Source: Rhizophagus irregularis
Lineage: Eukaryota
Direction: 5' to 3'
DNA: 64,000 nt
NCBI RefSeq assembly: GCF_026210795.1
Contig: NC_089430.1
Coordinates: 4,464,001-4,528,000 of the forward strand
A model generated the notes under the pieces. It was not told the origin of the DNA. It saw only the letters and a list, made by a program, of their open reading frames with translations, and searched no databases. The translations under genes and the position numbers were made by a program. Shown here piece after piece: positions 41,801 through 55,255 of the stretch (position 1 is its first letter; each line of letters begins with the position of its first letter).

Positions 41801-44120
41801 TATTTTCATATCTTAAATAAATATAATAAAAAAAAAATAAATCTTAATATTTTAATAACAACTAGTATTTTTCTACCGCTTCATTGATTTTTTATTTAAG
41901 ATATATTGATTTAATAAATTTTCAATATTATTCAAAATTAGCTGCAAGGAAGTATTAATTGTAAGGACAAAAACTAAAAAAAAATATTGTATCAAATACA
42001 AAGTATCTAGAATTTTGGTTTTTAGTATTTTATAGTTTAATAATTTTCTTGGAATTTGATTGCTATCGTCAAATTTCGCCTGACAATATGGTGAGTCGGT
42101 CAAAGTTGTTTTAGAATATTATATTGCTAGTATAGCAATCATGAGGGTATTTAAAACTTTGTTGTAACCCAGTTAATGACTAAAGTTTTATTAAAATAAT
42201 AACTAAGTTATTTTATTAAATTTCTATTTATTTATTTTTAGTAAAAGGATAATTTTATTTATCGATAAATATATGACTTCTACGCCAAGAGAAAATTCTT
42301 TAAAAAAAGAAAATTGTAAACCGAATTTGTGGCATTTCTATTATCATCTAAATAAATAAATTACATAATATTTTAATATTGTTATTTTATAATTCACTTA
42401 TATATTATTTTATCAATATATTACAAAGTTTAGTATATTTAGATTTAAAATGTTTAATTTAAATTTATTGATATGAGCAAATAACTGCTTTTTGTATTTA
42501 TTTATATACATGTACGAAAATATACTCTTAAAAATCGGTATGTAATTCAGTTATTCACATCATTCACAGCCATATAAATTTTCTAAGAATTGAATAATTA
42601 TAACAGGAATATTTTTATATGTTCTTTTTTATTAAAGTACCGTATGTCTTTTTTTGCAAAGAATAAAATTTTTTCTTCTTGATTATATATTATAATGTAC
42701 TTTTTTTTCTTCACAAATAGAACGTTGGCAGTTTGTATTATATAAACTTTAGATTTGGCTATTCAGACTTATAAATTTATTTTCTCTATACTGTAAGATA
42801 TTCACTTGTTTCATTTACTTATAATTTAATGGATAGTCTGGATGAATTTGCTTTTATTTGTTTTGTTGATGAACATTTACAATACAATAATATACTGTTT
42901 TTTATTGAAAATATTTATTAATAGGAATTGCAGATTCAAAAGGACTTTTCAGTTAGACTCAAATAGGTTATAATGTGAACTCTAATAAGCGCAAATTATT
43001 AACAACATAATGTACAACATGAGATCAATTGTAATTAAGACTCAGTAATGAGTTTGGCGGTGAACTAAATAAAAACTATTTTATGATAGAACTTCAAGTT
43101 ATCGTACCTTAAGTAAAAAAAGTACATGTGGACGGCGTGGCAATGAATATATTTTATGGGTAGTGTTTGACAATAAAAAGTAGGAAGGAAAGAAAGGCAC
43201 AAAGTTAGTATTTGATATTTTGATAAAAAAAGATGATTTCAATAACATTCCTTGGAGATATTAAGTATTATAAAACAATATAGATACAGTATACTGTATA
43301 ATAGATTATGAAAATCATTATAAAATATGAAGTCGCATAAATGGATCACAAAAATGTTTTTTTTTGTATCCTCTCTTATTAATACTTTTTATAGTAGGAT
43401 TCTTTTGTAATACTTCTAAATTGAATTACGCAATGCTTATTTTTTTTGTTATAAAAGAAAGAAAATTAATTATTTAAGTCAATAAATATTATCAATTATT
43501 ATGAATTTATTTAGTAATTATAATAGATTATTTGACCGGATTTGACGATTGATGATTACTATTCTTTATGACTTAATATTCTCATTCTTATTTTCCGAAT
43601 TGTAATACGTTAACTCTATGTATTTGTATTAAATTTTTATTCATAAAGAAATAAATCATTCATGTTTAATTTAAAATCATTCAAAATAATTTAATTATGC
43701 AATATATAAAATGAATAAATATAATAATATTATTTAAACACACAAATATATGATAAGAAAAATACCCTAATGATAAAGATTGCTATCTTAATAAATAACA
43801 TAATTTTACTATCATTTCTTATTCACAAAATTCTTTTCATGAAAAAAATAAAATTATATAAATTTATTTACACTATACGTACCTGCATCATCGATTTTCA
43901 AGTTGAGAAATATAATTTGTAAGTATTCTGTATAATAAAACAAACTCATTGGGTAGTATATTTGGTTTATATTAAATATTTATATATTCTTAAATTACCT
44001 TATTTTTAAAACTTTTAATCTAAAATATAAATCTTCTTTTATTTATAATAATGTTTTTCTTTGAATTATATCTATAAATTATATAAAAAATCGTCACAAA
44101 ATATGAACTCTACATATATA

Positions 44121-44216
44121 CCCTATAAAAAATTTGGGAAAAGTTCCGATAAATGATCATTTTTTTCCAAAAAAACTCCGATATGTGATCAATTTTTTTA
44201 AAAATTTTTTATAGGG
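44121..44216. mobile_element. 96 bp MITE with 15 bp TIRs CCCTATAAAAAATTT and possible ATA TSD
   Basis: Perfect 15 bp inverted ends, internal direct repeat CCGATA..TGATCA, ATA on both flanks. Confidence 0.65.
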
Positions 44217-44513
44217 ATAGCCAAGAGACACGAAAACTTAGGTTTTTGTGCTGTTAGTTATTATTTTTCTTTTTGAAAAATGGAAAATTTTATGGAGTAC
44301 TTATTTCCACATAAAATTTAATAAATAAACGATAACATTATAAATTTGAATTACTTTCGCGTTGCATTTACGAGTGCATTGTTCTTGTACGTACAAAAAG
44401 AAAAACATTCATTATAATTAAAGTCTATTGTTATTTGTTGTGCATTAATTTAATTCATTTACTATATTACAAATCAATACAAATTTTAAAGAATTAATAC
44501 AAGAAAATTTGAT

Positions 44514-46235
44514 TATTTGATCGGATTGACTAATTCAGTATCTGCATCACTAATTTTCAATTGTGAAATATTATTAATTTGTAGAGATTCTACTTGATGA
44601 AGTAAAATACGTTAGTATTTTTACAATTAATTTAGTTATTCGCAAATTATTATTTACCTGAAAAATTTTCACTAATTATATTATCATTTCGTTCATCATA
44701 ATAATCATCAGAATTTTTTGGTTCGGGAAGTTTATCAAAATTAAGTAATCTACTTGTATAAACAGCTTCAGAATGTGTTTCATATGTTAATCCTAAATTC
44801 GTTGAAGGTATATGCTAGTTGGTAAACTATCATTAATTTCATCTGCTTCTTTAATTTGTTCTCCTATTTCTGATTTATTTTCATAATATCTCCATTTATC
44901 TAAAATTTCTTTAATTTCATTTACTGTTGGTCGAATTAACGGATTTGCATCTAAGCATTTTTTAATTAAATGTACAATCAATTGTGGTACTTTAATGTTA
45001 AACCTTGGCCTAAGTCCTTGACAAATTTTTATTGATAAATTTATATTATGGCTTACATCATGATATGGAGGTAACCCAGAAATTACTTCATACATAATTA
45101 TACCAAAACTATTAATATCAGAAATTTTAGTATAATTTTGTCCTCTTAAAATTTCAGGGGCAATATAAGGTAAAACACCATATATTTTGTTTTTTGCACT
45201 TTCTGATTCTTTATAATCTGCAGGTTTACATAACCCCATATCAGTTAGGCCGTTCCAACTTGATTATTTGTTTAACGTCCACCACCCCCCTCTATTTTTT
45301 TAAAAATTTGAGATCTAATAAACACTTATTATTAAATACCCCCTCTATTTTTGAAAAAATTTAAAAGCTAATAAACATATAATGATAAATAATCCCTTCT
45401 GAAATTTTCAAATTTTCCTATGTTTATTTATTTAGTTTGTTTAACTTAAGCCCCCCTCCCCCCTTAATTTTTTCAAAAGGCCTGGACGTTAAACAAACAA
45501 TTAGGTTGCAACAGCCTTATAATAGCAATATCAGACATTAATACATTGACAATATGTAAATCTCTATGAGTCAGTTCGTTTTTGTGAATTGTCTGAAGTC
45601 AATTTGCAATATTTAATAAATATTCAATCTTATCATTCCAATTTAATCTACTGTAATTTATATTTAAGTAATTTCGTAAACTTCCATCTTTCGCATATTC
45701 CAAAACCATCATATAATTTTTTGTTTCTGGATCTTGAGTTATTCCATAAGCTATAACAACATATGTTTCATAGCCCATTTTATAGTGTAATTTAATCTAA
45801 ATATACATTTTTTTTAAAAGCACATTAGTAAAAATTACATCTAAATTAAATAATAAATAATTTAGTATACCTCATTGATAAATTCTAGTGTTACATTTTC
45901 TGAATTATTTAAACTTTTCAGTGCTACAAACATATTTGAATTATTTCGTTTCCAATTTTGATTTTCATTATCCCATTTATCAATATATCCATCAATCCAT
46001 TTTGCTCTATACACTTTTCCAAAACCGCCTTTTGCAATATATTCAATATCATAAAATTTATTGTAAGGTATCCACTCTAATACTTCCGACCAATGAGTTG
46101 CTGATAATTGAGTGTCTTGAATAAATTGCTAGTCCAATTTTTAAAATTTTGTTGAAAATGTTTTGCATTACATGCTTTACACCATCCATGAGTCTTTTCT
46201 TGATTACATTCCTCACAATTTCTTGTCCAACCCAT
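44514..46235 (-). pseudogene. TKL kinase pseudogene (unit 1 of the 4 kb array)
   Basis: Colinear with 60647-62208 but has a deletion at ~46127, a TGA at ~45599, a MITE insertion and a frameshift near 44800. Confidence 0.88.
45248..45516. mobile_element. MITE with GG termini, ~34 bp TIRs and TTA TSD (PIF/Harbinger- or Zator-type)
   Basis: GGCCGTTCCAACTTGATTATTTGTTTAACGTCCA versus reverse complement GGCTGTTGCAACCTAATTGTTTGTTTAACGTCCA. TTA at 45245-45247 and 45517-45519. Paralogues show the empty site TCAGTTATAATAG. Confidence 0.9.
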
Positions 46236-47376
46236 GGATTGATAAATTATTCAAAAAAAATAAAAATAATAGACTTTATAATAGCAAGATAACGGAATAA
46301 GTCAAAATATCGGAAAGAAAATTATTTAAATATGGAAAAGCTTTATTTATGCATCCAGATTCTGAATTCCAGTATTCGTGTAACAAAAACAAATGTTGTA
46401 CGATTACTGTGTCGAAATATCAAAAAGAAAGTAATTTTTGTTCTAAAATTAAAATGGTATATTCTAGGGTTGGATCAGTCCAGTCCGGTTCGGTCCAGTC
46501 CCAAAAAGACCGGTCTTTCAACCTGGACCGGACTGGACCGGGACCGAACCGATTTAAATTCAAGAAATTTGTCCCCATGATTTTAAGACCTCTAAAACAT
46601 TAAAGAACGTTGCGAAACATTTTTTAATATGTAATTTAACAAATAAAAAATGTTTCGCAACGTTTTTTAATTATTTTAATAGAAAACGTTGTGAAAACGT
46701 TTTTTATTAATAAGTTCATAAAAAAAAACATTTTTCGCAAACGTTGTTAATTATTTTAACAAACAACGTTGCGAAAACATTTTTATACGTTTTGCAGCCT
46801 TGTCAGACCATTTTCTGAATACCATTTTCCTGAATATACCTTTCCTGAATCCAATTTTCTGAATGCCTATTTCCAGAAATTGATCATTTCCTGAAACTCT
46901 ATTTTACCGAATGCCAATTGCCCGAATCTTAATTTCTGGAATTATATGAAACATCCAATTTCCCAAATTCTTTTATCCTGAATTATTTTATCCCAAATTC
47001 CAATATCATGAACCCTGATATTCTGAATAGACATTTTACTGAATTTAATATTATTTTATATAATTTTACATCATAAATTAGAATTATTAATTTCATAAAC
47101 TCAACCTTTATTTTGTTTAGTATACTAATCAATAAATTATATATAATGTATATAAATATAATAATATGTAATAAACTAACTTGTATTAAAACAAATACTT
47201 AAAATAAATAATGTAATCCAAAATCAATGTATATGGATATTTGTATACAAAAGAAGAAAAATATAAACCAAAGATATTATTGGTCTTGTGAGTTCAGAAA
47301 AAAGTATAGCTGCAGTGGAAGAGCCATAACTGACTTAGAGGGTGAGGAACACATATTGATAAGTACTAAAGAACAT

Positions 47377-47624
47377 CATCAGGAATTTTTTCCGTTTAAA
47401 ATCCACATGGAAATCCACATTAAATACTGTGGAAATATGTGGAAATCTAAATAGTTCCAGTATTTTCCGAATACCCTGTGATGAAACACGTGGTATTTTC
47501 GGCATAAGTCCATGAAATTCGGTGTGGATCCATGTAGGATATTGGGAATGTGTGGAATTCCACGTATTTCTGAGCAAACCCACGTGGAATTACATGGACC
47601 GACCCACCTAAAAACTTCCTGATG
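47377..47624. mobile_element. 248 bp MITE with CATCAGGAA TIRs and 2 bp AT duplication
   Basis: CATCAGGAATTTTT / AAAACTTCCTGATG. Removal restores the FLYWCH frame EH-SHAP. Internal CCACGTGGA-like palindromes. Confidence 0.85.
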
Positions 47625-49956
47625 ATAGTCATGCACCTAAAGCTAACAGAGTTGATGTAGTCAAAACACTTGATATAATAAAGGAATATTTTTAATGCTT
47701 TCTATTGCAACAAATTGATGTGTGGAAATTTTAACTATACTAGATAATTATTCATAGTATGTAAAAGTAATAAATTAGTGTAAAATTTTGTGTTTTTATA
47801 TAGATAAAGTTGTTCATTTAGTAATTTTTCTATTCATAATGCGAAATTAATAAATGTTTAGTATGGCAATATAAAGTTAAAAAATTGGTTCTCATATCAA
47901 AATTTGCTTTGATTTAACCTGGCCGCACGGCTTTTTATTTTTTTTTAGAAAAAAATTTTTTTTTTCATCCGATCATGTAATACGGAAGATTTCATATGTA
48001 AACATTTATATTAATATAGTTAATTTAATAAAAAGTCATAGACAGATTTATATATCAAGTTAATTACAAGTTTATTTTTCATGTTACTAACAGTTTATAG
48101 TTAAATATTATTAATCGGTATGGACTTGGCGTGGGAAATTATTTTATAAAATATTATATAAGGACGAAGAAATTTTTTGTGAAAATTTTTAAATTGAATT
48201 TAACATTATAAAGCAATATGTCTCTCACGTATATTTATTATTATATTAGAAAATTGACAATCGGCTTTCCTTTTTTTACTGCACCACTAATAAAATTTGC
48301 ACATCATGTATTTAAAATTAACGCGTTAAGAACACACACTTCAATCTTTTACAAACTTTTTCATGAACATGCCTTTTGTGAATATTCGTATCTCTAAAGG
48401 AAAGAAAACACTCTACGGATGGTATATCCATCCTATTCCTTATGAAATGTCAGTAAAAGATTTTTTCATAAAACTTGTTAATAAAGAACTATCTCCTGAA
48501 TGTAATATAGCTTTAGCAAATTCTGAAGAAATAGAACACGTTGAGTTAAGTGAGACACCAACTGCTATTGCAACCCAAGTTAGCCCCAGCTGTAATATTG
48601 TAGAACTTACAGAAAGTGTGGGGATACATATGCATTATCGACTCAAACCTGATGAAACAATTTCCACTACAGCACCACTGAACGGCTTCACAATATTGAT
48701 GCAAAATGCATGAAAATCCCAGTTATATTTTCCAATTTTCTCACAATCAAATAAGATAAATCGTAAGCAAACACTGCGCAATGATCTTGTTAATTGGATT
48801 CAAAATCACGGTGGAGGATGGTCTACTCAATCATATGCTGACACACGAGGAAAGGAGTTTATTATTAGCTTAACTGAAACTATTTGGTATATAGATATGC
48901 GCAATCACAAAAAATTTGAAGAGCGTAGTTATTATATACCTGACCTCTTTCTTGAGTTTTTTGATCATGCAAATCCAGAATCATATAAGCAATCACGAAA
49001 ACTCTTTGATGCTAATGAATTAAACTTACATTGCCAAGCCCTTGCTCCATATAGCACATCATCATGGATGTTAATGACGAATTTTAATTGGCTCCATGAT
49101 GCATTTGATGATTTTATCATTGCTATCTCAGGTTATACTAAGTATTTACAACAGCATCGCAATATTACTGCTATTAATCATGCATCAGAATCACCTATAT
49201 GATCCATTGATCAAGCTACAACAATTAAAATTCACAAGCGAAATACCTGGATTACACCTCTTGATAAATCCAAATATTATCATCTTGAACAAGTGCTTGT
49301 CAATTCGTCACTATGGAAACATATTGATATAGAAGAATACTTGCCAATTGATCCTGTGTAAGTATGCAAAAATATAATATATTTGGGCCTGTTTATAATA
49401 AAAATTCTAATGAAAAACTATATTTTAGACAAAGATTGCGTTTTATTCAGGGCTTATCTTGTGCATTTTTTTTCACTATTGGAGAATATCGATTTAACTC
49501 AGGAAATAACACTTTTAATATGATATCAATTTGGAAAATTGATGAAGATGCTAATGAAAGTATAATATTATAAGAACATACACGAATAATAACTGAATTA
49601 CAAGCTGATGCACCTCATTATCATACACGAACAATGAGGATGAATTATCTACGCACTTGTGACTTGCTCTTGCCAAAAGCCAAACCATCAGCACTTCGGA
49701 CAATTTATCAAATGCTAACAGGGGATATTTCTGCAGCTGAGACTGCAAATGAAGCAAAAGTTGATGCGCGTGTTAAACTTGCTTTAGAACTTGGAGATTC
49801 AGAAGTTGCTATTGATTTACGAGAAAATAATGATGGACAACCTACTAAATATGATATCTTTTGGGAAGTTGCAGCCCAATTTCTTGCGGGAAAAGCAGCG
49901 GATGCTGTTACTGCTACAAATGAGCGAAGGCATGATACTATTGTACATCTTGCAAC

Positions 49957-50222
49957 TAGGGATGGCAACGGTTATAATCATAACCGTTTAACCGACCGTT
50001 TAACCACATTTAACTGACCGTTTGACCGACCATTTAAACATTTGACCGACCATTTTTAACCGTTTAACCGACTATTTGACTAATTATTTAAGTAAAATGG
50101 TATAACCGACCATTTAACCGACCGTTTAACCGATTTTTTAACCGACCATAACCGACTGTTTAAATTTCTATAACTGATTATAACCGACCATAACCGACCA
50201 TAACCGACCGTTGCCATCCCTA
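49957..50222. mobile_element. 266 bp hAT MITE, TIR TAGGGATGGCAACGG, 8 bp TSD CTTGCAAC
   Basis: TSD at 49949-49956 and 50223-50230. Interior made of TAACCGACC repeats. Removal restores HLAT-AISV. Confidence 0.95.
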
Positions 50223-51550
50223 CTTGCAACTGCAATTTCAGTGAATGACCTTTTAACTCAAATTGAACGTGAGTGTCCACCTGGAACATTAATTCCTAGC
50301 GCTCAATGGTTACGATTGCAGTTTTGGCCTAAGAATCCAGCAAGATTAAGTAGTTTACAATTTACTGGTCGCTTACCTTTAAAATTTATGATTCAAACAC
50401 GCCAGTTACGAGCTTACCACCCAGATGTTCATTATGCATCAGCACTTTTTCGTTATGAAAAAGAATTTGCTGTGAAGTTTCGCAATATTGCAAATCTTAT
50501 TTTTTTAGATGATAAACATCGTTGCAAAGTTGGTGAACCAGGCTTTCCTGTTGCTGCTGTAGAAAGAGGGAAAAGTGTAGTTGTTGGTAAAGATACTACA
50601 TTTGCAGTAGCAGATCATGATTTCACCAAAACAGGAATCATACCAAGTGTAGCTATGATATGTGATATACCCGAATCTATTAATGGTAATTTTTACAGGG
50701 GAAAAGTACATATTGGGTTAAAAGATCCAATATTTCAGCCTTCATCACCTCTCCGACATGCAACAGAACTTTACCATATATTTCTTAAAGAAGAGCTCTT
50801 TGATAAACCTGTGCTATGCCTTTATACAGATGGTGGACCAGACCATCGCTGTACATATGCTCGTGTTCAACTTTCTTATATTTGCCTTTTTATTGCATTA
50901 GACCTTGATTATTTTGTTGCTGTTCGAACTCCACCACAACATTCATGGAAAAATCCTGTTGAACATATTATGTCAATGTTAAACTTAAGATTGCAAAGTG
51001 TTGGATTAATGCGAGTTAAAATGAGTGGTCAATCTGAGGAATTAATGAGTAAAGTTGGTACAATGAATGATATCCGCAAAATTGCTGAAGAAAATCCTAC
51101 CTTAAAAGAAGATGTTATTGCAAGCCTTCAAACACCAATTAATTTAGTTCGTGATGTATTCAACCGGCAATCTCTCAAAGATGAGCCTTTTAAAACGTTT
51201 GATGCGGCAACAGAAACAGAAATGGAGAGATTTTGGGAAGCAATTTGGCTTATTGATGAAAATGTTACTTATGAAGATCGTACTACAGAACATATAAAAC
51301 GAAGAGTAAGTAAAAATATTAATAACAATTAAAATTATTTGTGAAAAAAACTGTCTAACATACTTTTGCTTTAAGCCACATTTGCAAGAATTTTTAGACC
51401 ATTGTTGTACAATGCACCACTACTTTTTTTCAATTAAGAAATGTGGTGAACCAAATTGTACTATCTGCCACCCTCCTCGTTGTCCACCAGAAGATTTTGT
51501 GCAACTTCATTGTCTTCCGGATCCAGTACCTGGTGAAGATTTACATTATA

Positions 51551-52790
51551 CAGTCACCCCTCTCTACAGCGAACCTCGATATAGCGAATAACACGATATA
51601 ACGGATCATACAGTGTGGTACCGATTTTAAATATGAAAAAAACCTTGATATAACGAAGTTTACTATTTATTTACCGTATAATGTAGTACGAAGTAAAGTG
51701 TGTGAATTTCTTATATAAAAATGCCTCTCGATATAACGGATTTTTTTTATAACAAATTTTTTTTCAGTTATAACGAAGAATTTCTATAGTTTATAATTGA
51801 ATGTAATTATTAATAAATATTGATGCATTATGACATTAAATATCACCCCTGTGTTTTATATTTAAATTATGGATCAGGATTGTATCAGGATCGTATCAGG
51901 ATTAATAATTCTGGCTATTTTATTTAATATTTAGGCAGAATTACATTAATTTACATTAATTCGGTTGTATTAGGATTCGATGTGAATTGTTATTAATTTA
52001 TATTTATCACAGGGGTAAGGACACTCCTAGTTAAATTAATATATCATTAATAATTTATTTATTATATAGTCAGTTATTGTTAACCAGCATTCCTACAAAA
52101 AAAAGGAATTATAATAAACATTTTTATATAGAACACTTCAGGAAGCATTCCCTATAATAAAAAAATAAAAAAAGAACATTAGTAAATGTTCTTAAACGAA
52201 ATTAAAAGAAAAAATTGAGTTGTCCCACTTACTTCTTGTCTCAAGCGTCCATTTCGAAGTCCCTACAATAAAAAAATAAAAAAGAACATTAGTAAATGTT
52301 CTTAAACGAAATTAATAAAAAAAATCGAGTTCCCCACTTACTTCTTGTCTCAAGCGTCCATTTCGAAGTCCAGGAAGTTCCCTATAATAAAAAAATAAAA
52401 AAAGAACATTAGTAAATGTTCTTAAATAAAAAAAATTGAGTTCCCCACTTACTTCTCGTCTCAGGCGTCCATTTCGAAGTCCAGGAAGTTCCCTACAATA
52501 AAAAAATAAAAAAAGAACATTAGTAAATGTTCTTAAACGAAATTAATATAAAAAACCCCCCAGTTCCCACTTACTTCTCATTCTAGGCATCTATTTTGAA
52601 GTTTAGAAAGCACCCCTATAAAAAAAAGATTAAAAAAAATGTTAAATTATCGGTAATCAGATCAACAAGTCACATGATCTGTATAACCGATATTCCTATA
52701 CCGAAGAATTCGTTATAGTGTTAACGAAGTTGCTTATAACGAAGCCCTGATCGGCTGGAACCTAGGGTTCGTTATATCGAGAGGGGACTG
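51551..52790. mobile_element. Non-autonomous pogo/Tigger-like (Tc1/mariner) element, TA TSD
   Basis: CAGTC...GACTG termini flanked by TA; subterminal CGATATAACG repeats. Removal restores DLHY-KSFEELYG. Confidence 0.9.
52150..52640 (-). repeat. Tandem ~110-120 bp repeat, each unit a mini-exon plus a canonical intron
   Basis: Units start at ~52150, 52261, 52380, 52491 and 52614. Minus strand: TAG|30-40 nt|GTAAGT...TTACTAAT...T-tract TAG. Confidence 0.8.
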
Positions 52791-55255
52791 TAAATCATTT
52801 GAGGAATTATATGGTAAACAAACAACTGAAAATTACAGGCCCTCACTTAAAAATGTGAAGACTAAAGCGAAGGGTGAAAAAAAAATTACAAAAGGAAAGC
52901 ATACTATGCCATTTTGTCCTTCTGCTGCACGTGCAAAAAACGTTGGTGTAGTTGTAAATTGTGTTGAATGTGAGAAGCCACGTCTTTTATTCAGTGCAAA
53001 GAAATTATCTGAAAAGGATAGGATATTGTTGCAAGAATTCTTGGATACGATTTTCTATACTTGCGGAATGTCATTTCATAATACATGCGATTTATCTATT
53101 GCTGTACCACCAAAACAACCAGATATACATGATGTTATAGAGGATGATAATGGAGTTGATGATCAAGAAAATATGCAAGAGGAAGATTCTAATGAAAATA
53201 CAGACTCGGATATTGATGAAGAGGCTGATAATGATACAATTATTGATGATGGTGGAATTGATAATACAGAAGATCCTATCCAGGAACTGTTTTCAAGAGT
53301 CTTTGTTAATGACTCATGGTCCTGTACATCACAAGTGGAGAAGCCATACTTTTCAACTGGTATCTACCCGGACATTTGTATTGAATGTGGGAATTCAAAC
53401 ATTGATAAAGCAGAAAAAGGTGAACATCCGCGTTGCAGTGAGTGTAGTGGTAATACTGTTACTTCAAAGAAGCGTCTAAAATGGAAACAGGGTGACAAAA
53501 GAAAGGGAAAGAAAAGACTTCAATGTAGTTCATAATTGTGGTTTTTTTTTAAAAAAATTTTTTTTTTTATTGTATGCTAGGCATTTACATAGCAGATAGT
53601 GTTACGTACAAATTTTAGTTTATCATGTGATATAGTTTAGCGCAATTTGATTGGTTAACGAAAAAAAAATAAAAATTTAAGATTCCCGTTCTGGTGACCC
53701 GGCCGGGATATGAGAACCAATTTTTTAACTTTATGTCGCCTAACATACAGTTAGTTTAATATTACAAAAAGTTGAATTATATTAATAAATCTCTAATAAA
53801 TTTCATTTATAACCAGTACTTTAAAAAATTTTTACAATTGTTAACATTATATCTGCTTATAATACTATATATTTAAATAATAAAACTTATAGTTATCAAT
53901 AGTTCTTTGTTTTTTAAATTTATTATATATAGTTTATTTATAAATCATACGAAAATATACAGTTTATTATATAATTCAAGAAATTGTCCATTCGGAATAT
54001 TAGAATTCGGAATATTAGAATTAAGGATATTTGGGATTTAGGATTCGGGAAATTAGACTTCAGGAAATGGGATTCGGGAAATAAGGATTCGGGAAATTGT
54101 ATATTTCAGGAAAATGTTCAGTTCGGAAAATTGGCATTCAGGCAAATGACTTCGGGAAAAGATATATTCAGAAAAAAGGCATTCAAGAAATCATACTGTA
54201 ACCGTTTTGCAGCGTTTTTTATTAGTAATTTAATAAAAAAACGTTTTTGCACGTTTTTTAATTATTTTATTAATAGGAAACGTTACAAAAACGTTTTTTA
54301 TTAATAATTTCACAAAAAAAAGGTTTTCGCACATTTTTTTAATAAAAAACGTTGCGAAAATGTTAAAAACCGAACTGATAATCGGTTTTGGCAAAAACCG
54401 TGCCCTAGAAGTACATGAGCACGAAAATTTGGCTCATTTTTACTGGATATTAATAATATAAGATCAGTCCCGGTCCGGACCGGTCCTCAGATCTCGGACC
54501 GAAGACCGTGAAGACCGGTCCCAAGACCGACGCAGGACCAGTCTTTGCTAGGACTGATCCAACCCTAGTATATTCTAAAGTAGATCATTTTACGAAAGTT
54601 TTAATGAAAAATGAAATTTATTTATAGAATCGTGTATAATCAAAAATTAAATTTTTGTTCAATCAACTTATTTATGTATTTATTAAAGGAAAATTTGAAA
54701 ACTTGGCATATTAATGTTCAAAAGCGGTCATATTGTATTACTAAGAGATACTTTGGCTATTTAACGTCGAAAAGTATATATTCAGATATCATGGATATAC
54801 GTAACATGTTGCCCAACTTATTCTTTTGACGAGAGGTTTTTACCGAAACGAAACGGAAAAAAAACAAATGAGAATATAATGAGAATATGAATATAATATA
54901 ATTTATCCTATCATTCCTATTCTACGCCATGTTCTTAAGTATTTCACTGTTAAAAATTAAAACCTCATGAAAAATTTCGTTTTAATGAAATTATCTTGAA
55001 TGTATGATGTTCTCTTAAAATTAATTTTTAATAACGCTTCATTATCAATCATCATCATTTTACGCCTTTGCGTTAATTTATATAAAATAAATATTTATTA
55101 TTTATACAACATACAATCTGATATATATTATTTACTTATATTATAGTACTTTATACTTATCCGAAAAAAAAAAAAATTCGTGTTGTGACTTTTTACGTAT
55201 AACTACAATTTTTTTCTTTCTTCTGAGTTCGTATTTTTACAACTTTACCGGCTTC

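Larger units (their letters stand above)
48363..53535 (+). pseudogene. Zator-like transposase, disrupted by 3 stops and 2 insertions
   Basis: Motifs LDDKH, DHDF, IPSV, TDGGPDHR, SWKNPVEHIMS and Cys-rich C-terminus. Introns ~49338-49428 and 51307-51376. Stops at 48711, 49200 and 49571. Confidence 0.8.
47865..53740 (+). mobile_element. Zator/TP36-like DDE DNA transposon, formerly autonomous, 34 bp TIRs
   Basis: GGCAATATAAAGTTAAAAAATTGGTTCTCATATC versus reverse complement GGCGACATAAAGTTAAAAAATTGGTTCTCATATC. GG termini; flanks TAT and TAA (imperfect 3 bp TSD). Confidence 0.8.
46797..54202 (+). mobile_element. Mutator-like (FLYWCH-type) deletion derivative, 9 bp TSD CGTTTTGCA
   Basis: CGTTTTGCA at 46788-46796 and 54203-54211. 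Inverted arrays of ~15 bp TTTCCTGAAT / ATTCAGGAAA units. FLYWCH relic YWSCEFRKKYSCSGRAIT...EH|SHAP at ~47222-47690. Confidence 0.85.
46465..54567. mobile_element. Non-autonomous hAT element (~0.7 kb of its own sequence) holding nested insertions; 8 bp TSD GTATATTC
   Basis: TIR TAGGGTTGGATCAGTCC at both ends. GTATATTC at 46457-46464 and 54568-54575. Empty site visible in paralogous units (~58437, ~62432). Confidence 0.92.

Noticed and set aside
52150..52640. CRISPR-like repeat-spacer array
   Set aside because: Whole units are repeated with no unique spacers, there are no cas genes, and the context is eukaryotic.
53984..54304. 106 aa ORF (also ORFs at 46332-46603 and 47335-47636)
   Set aside because: They lie across TE subterminal repeats and MITEs and show no protein-like motifs.
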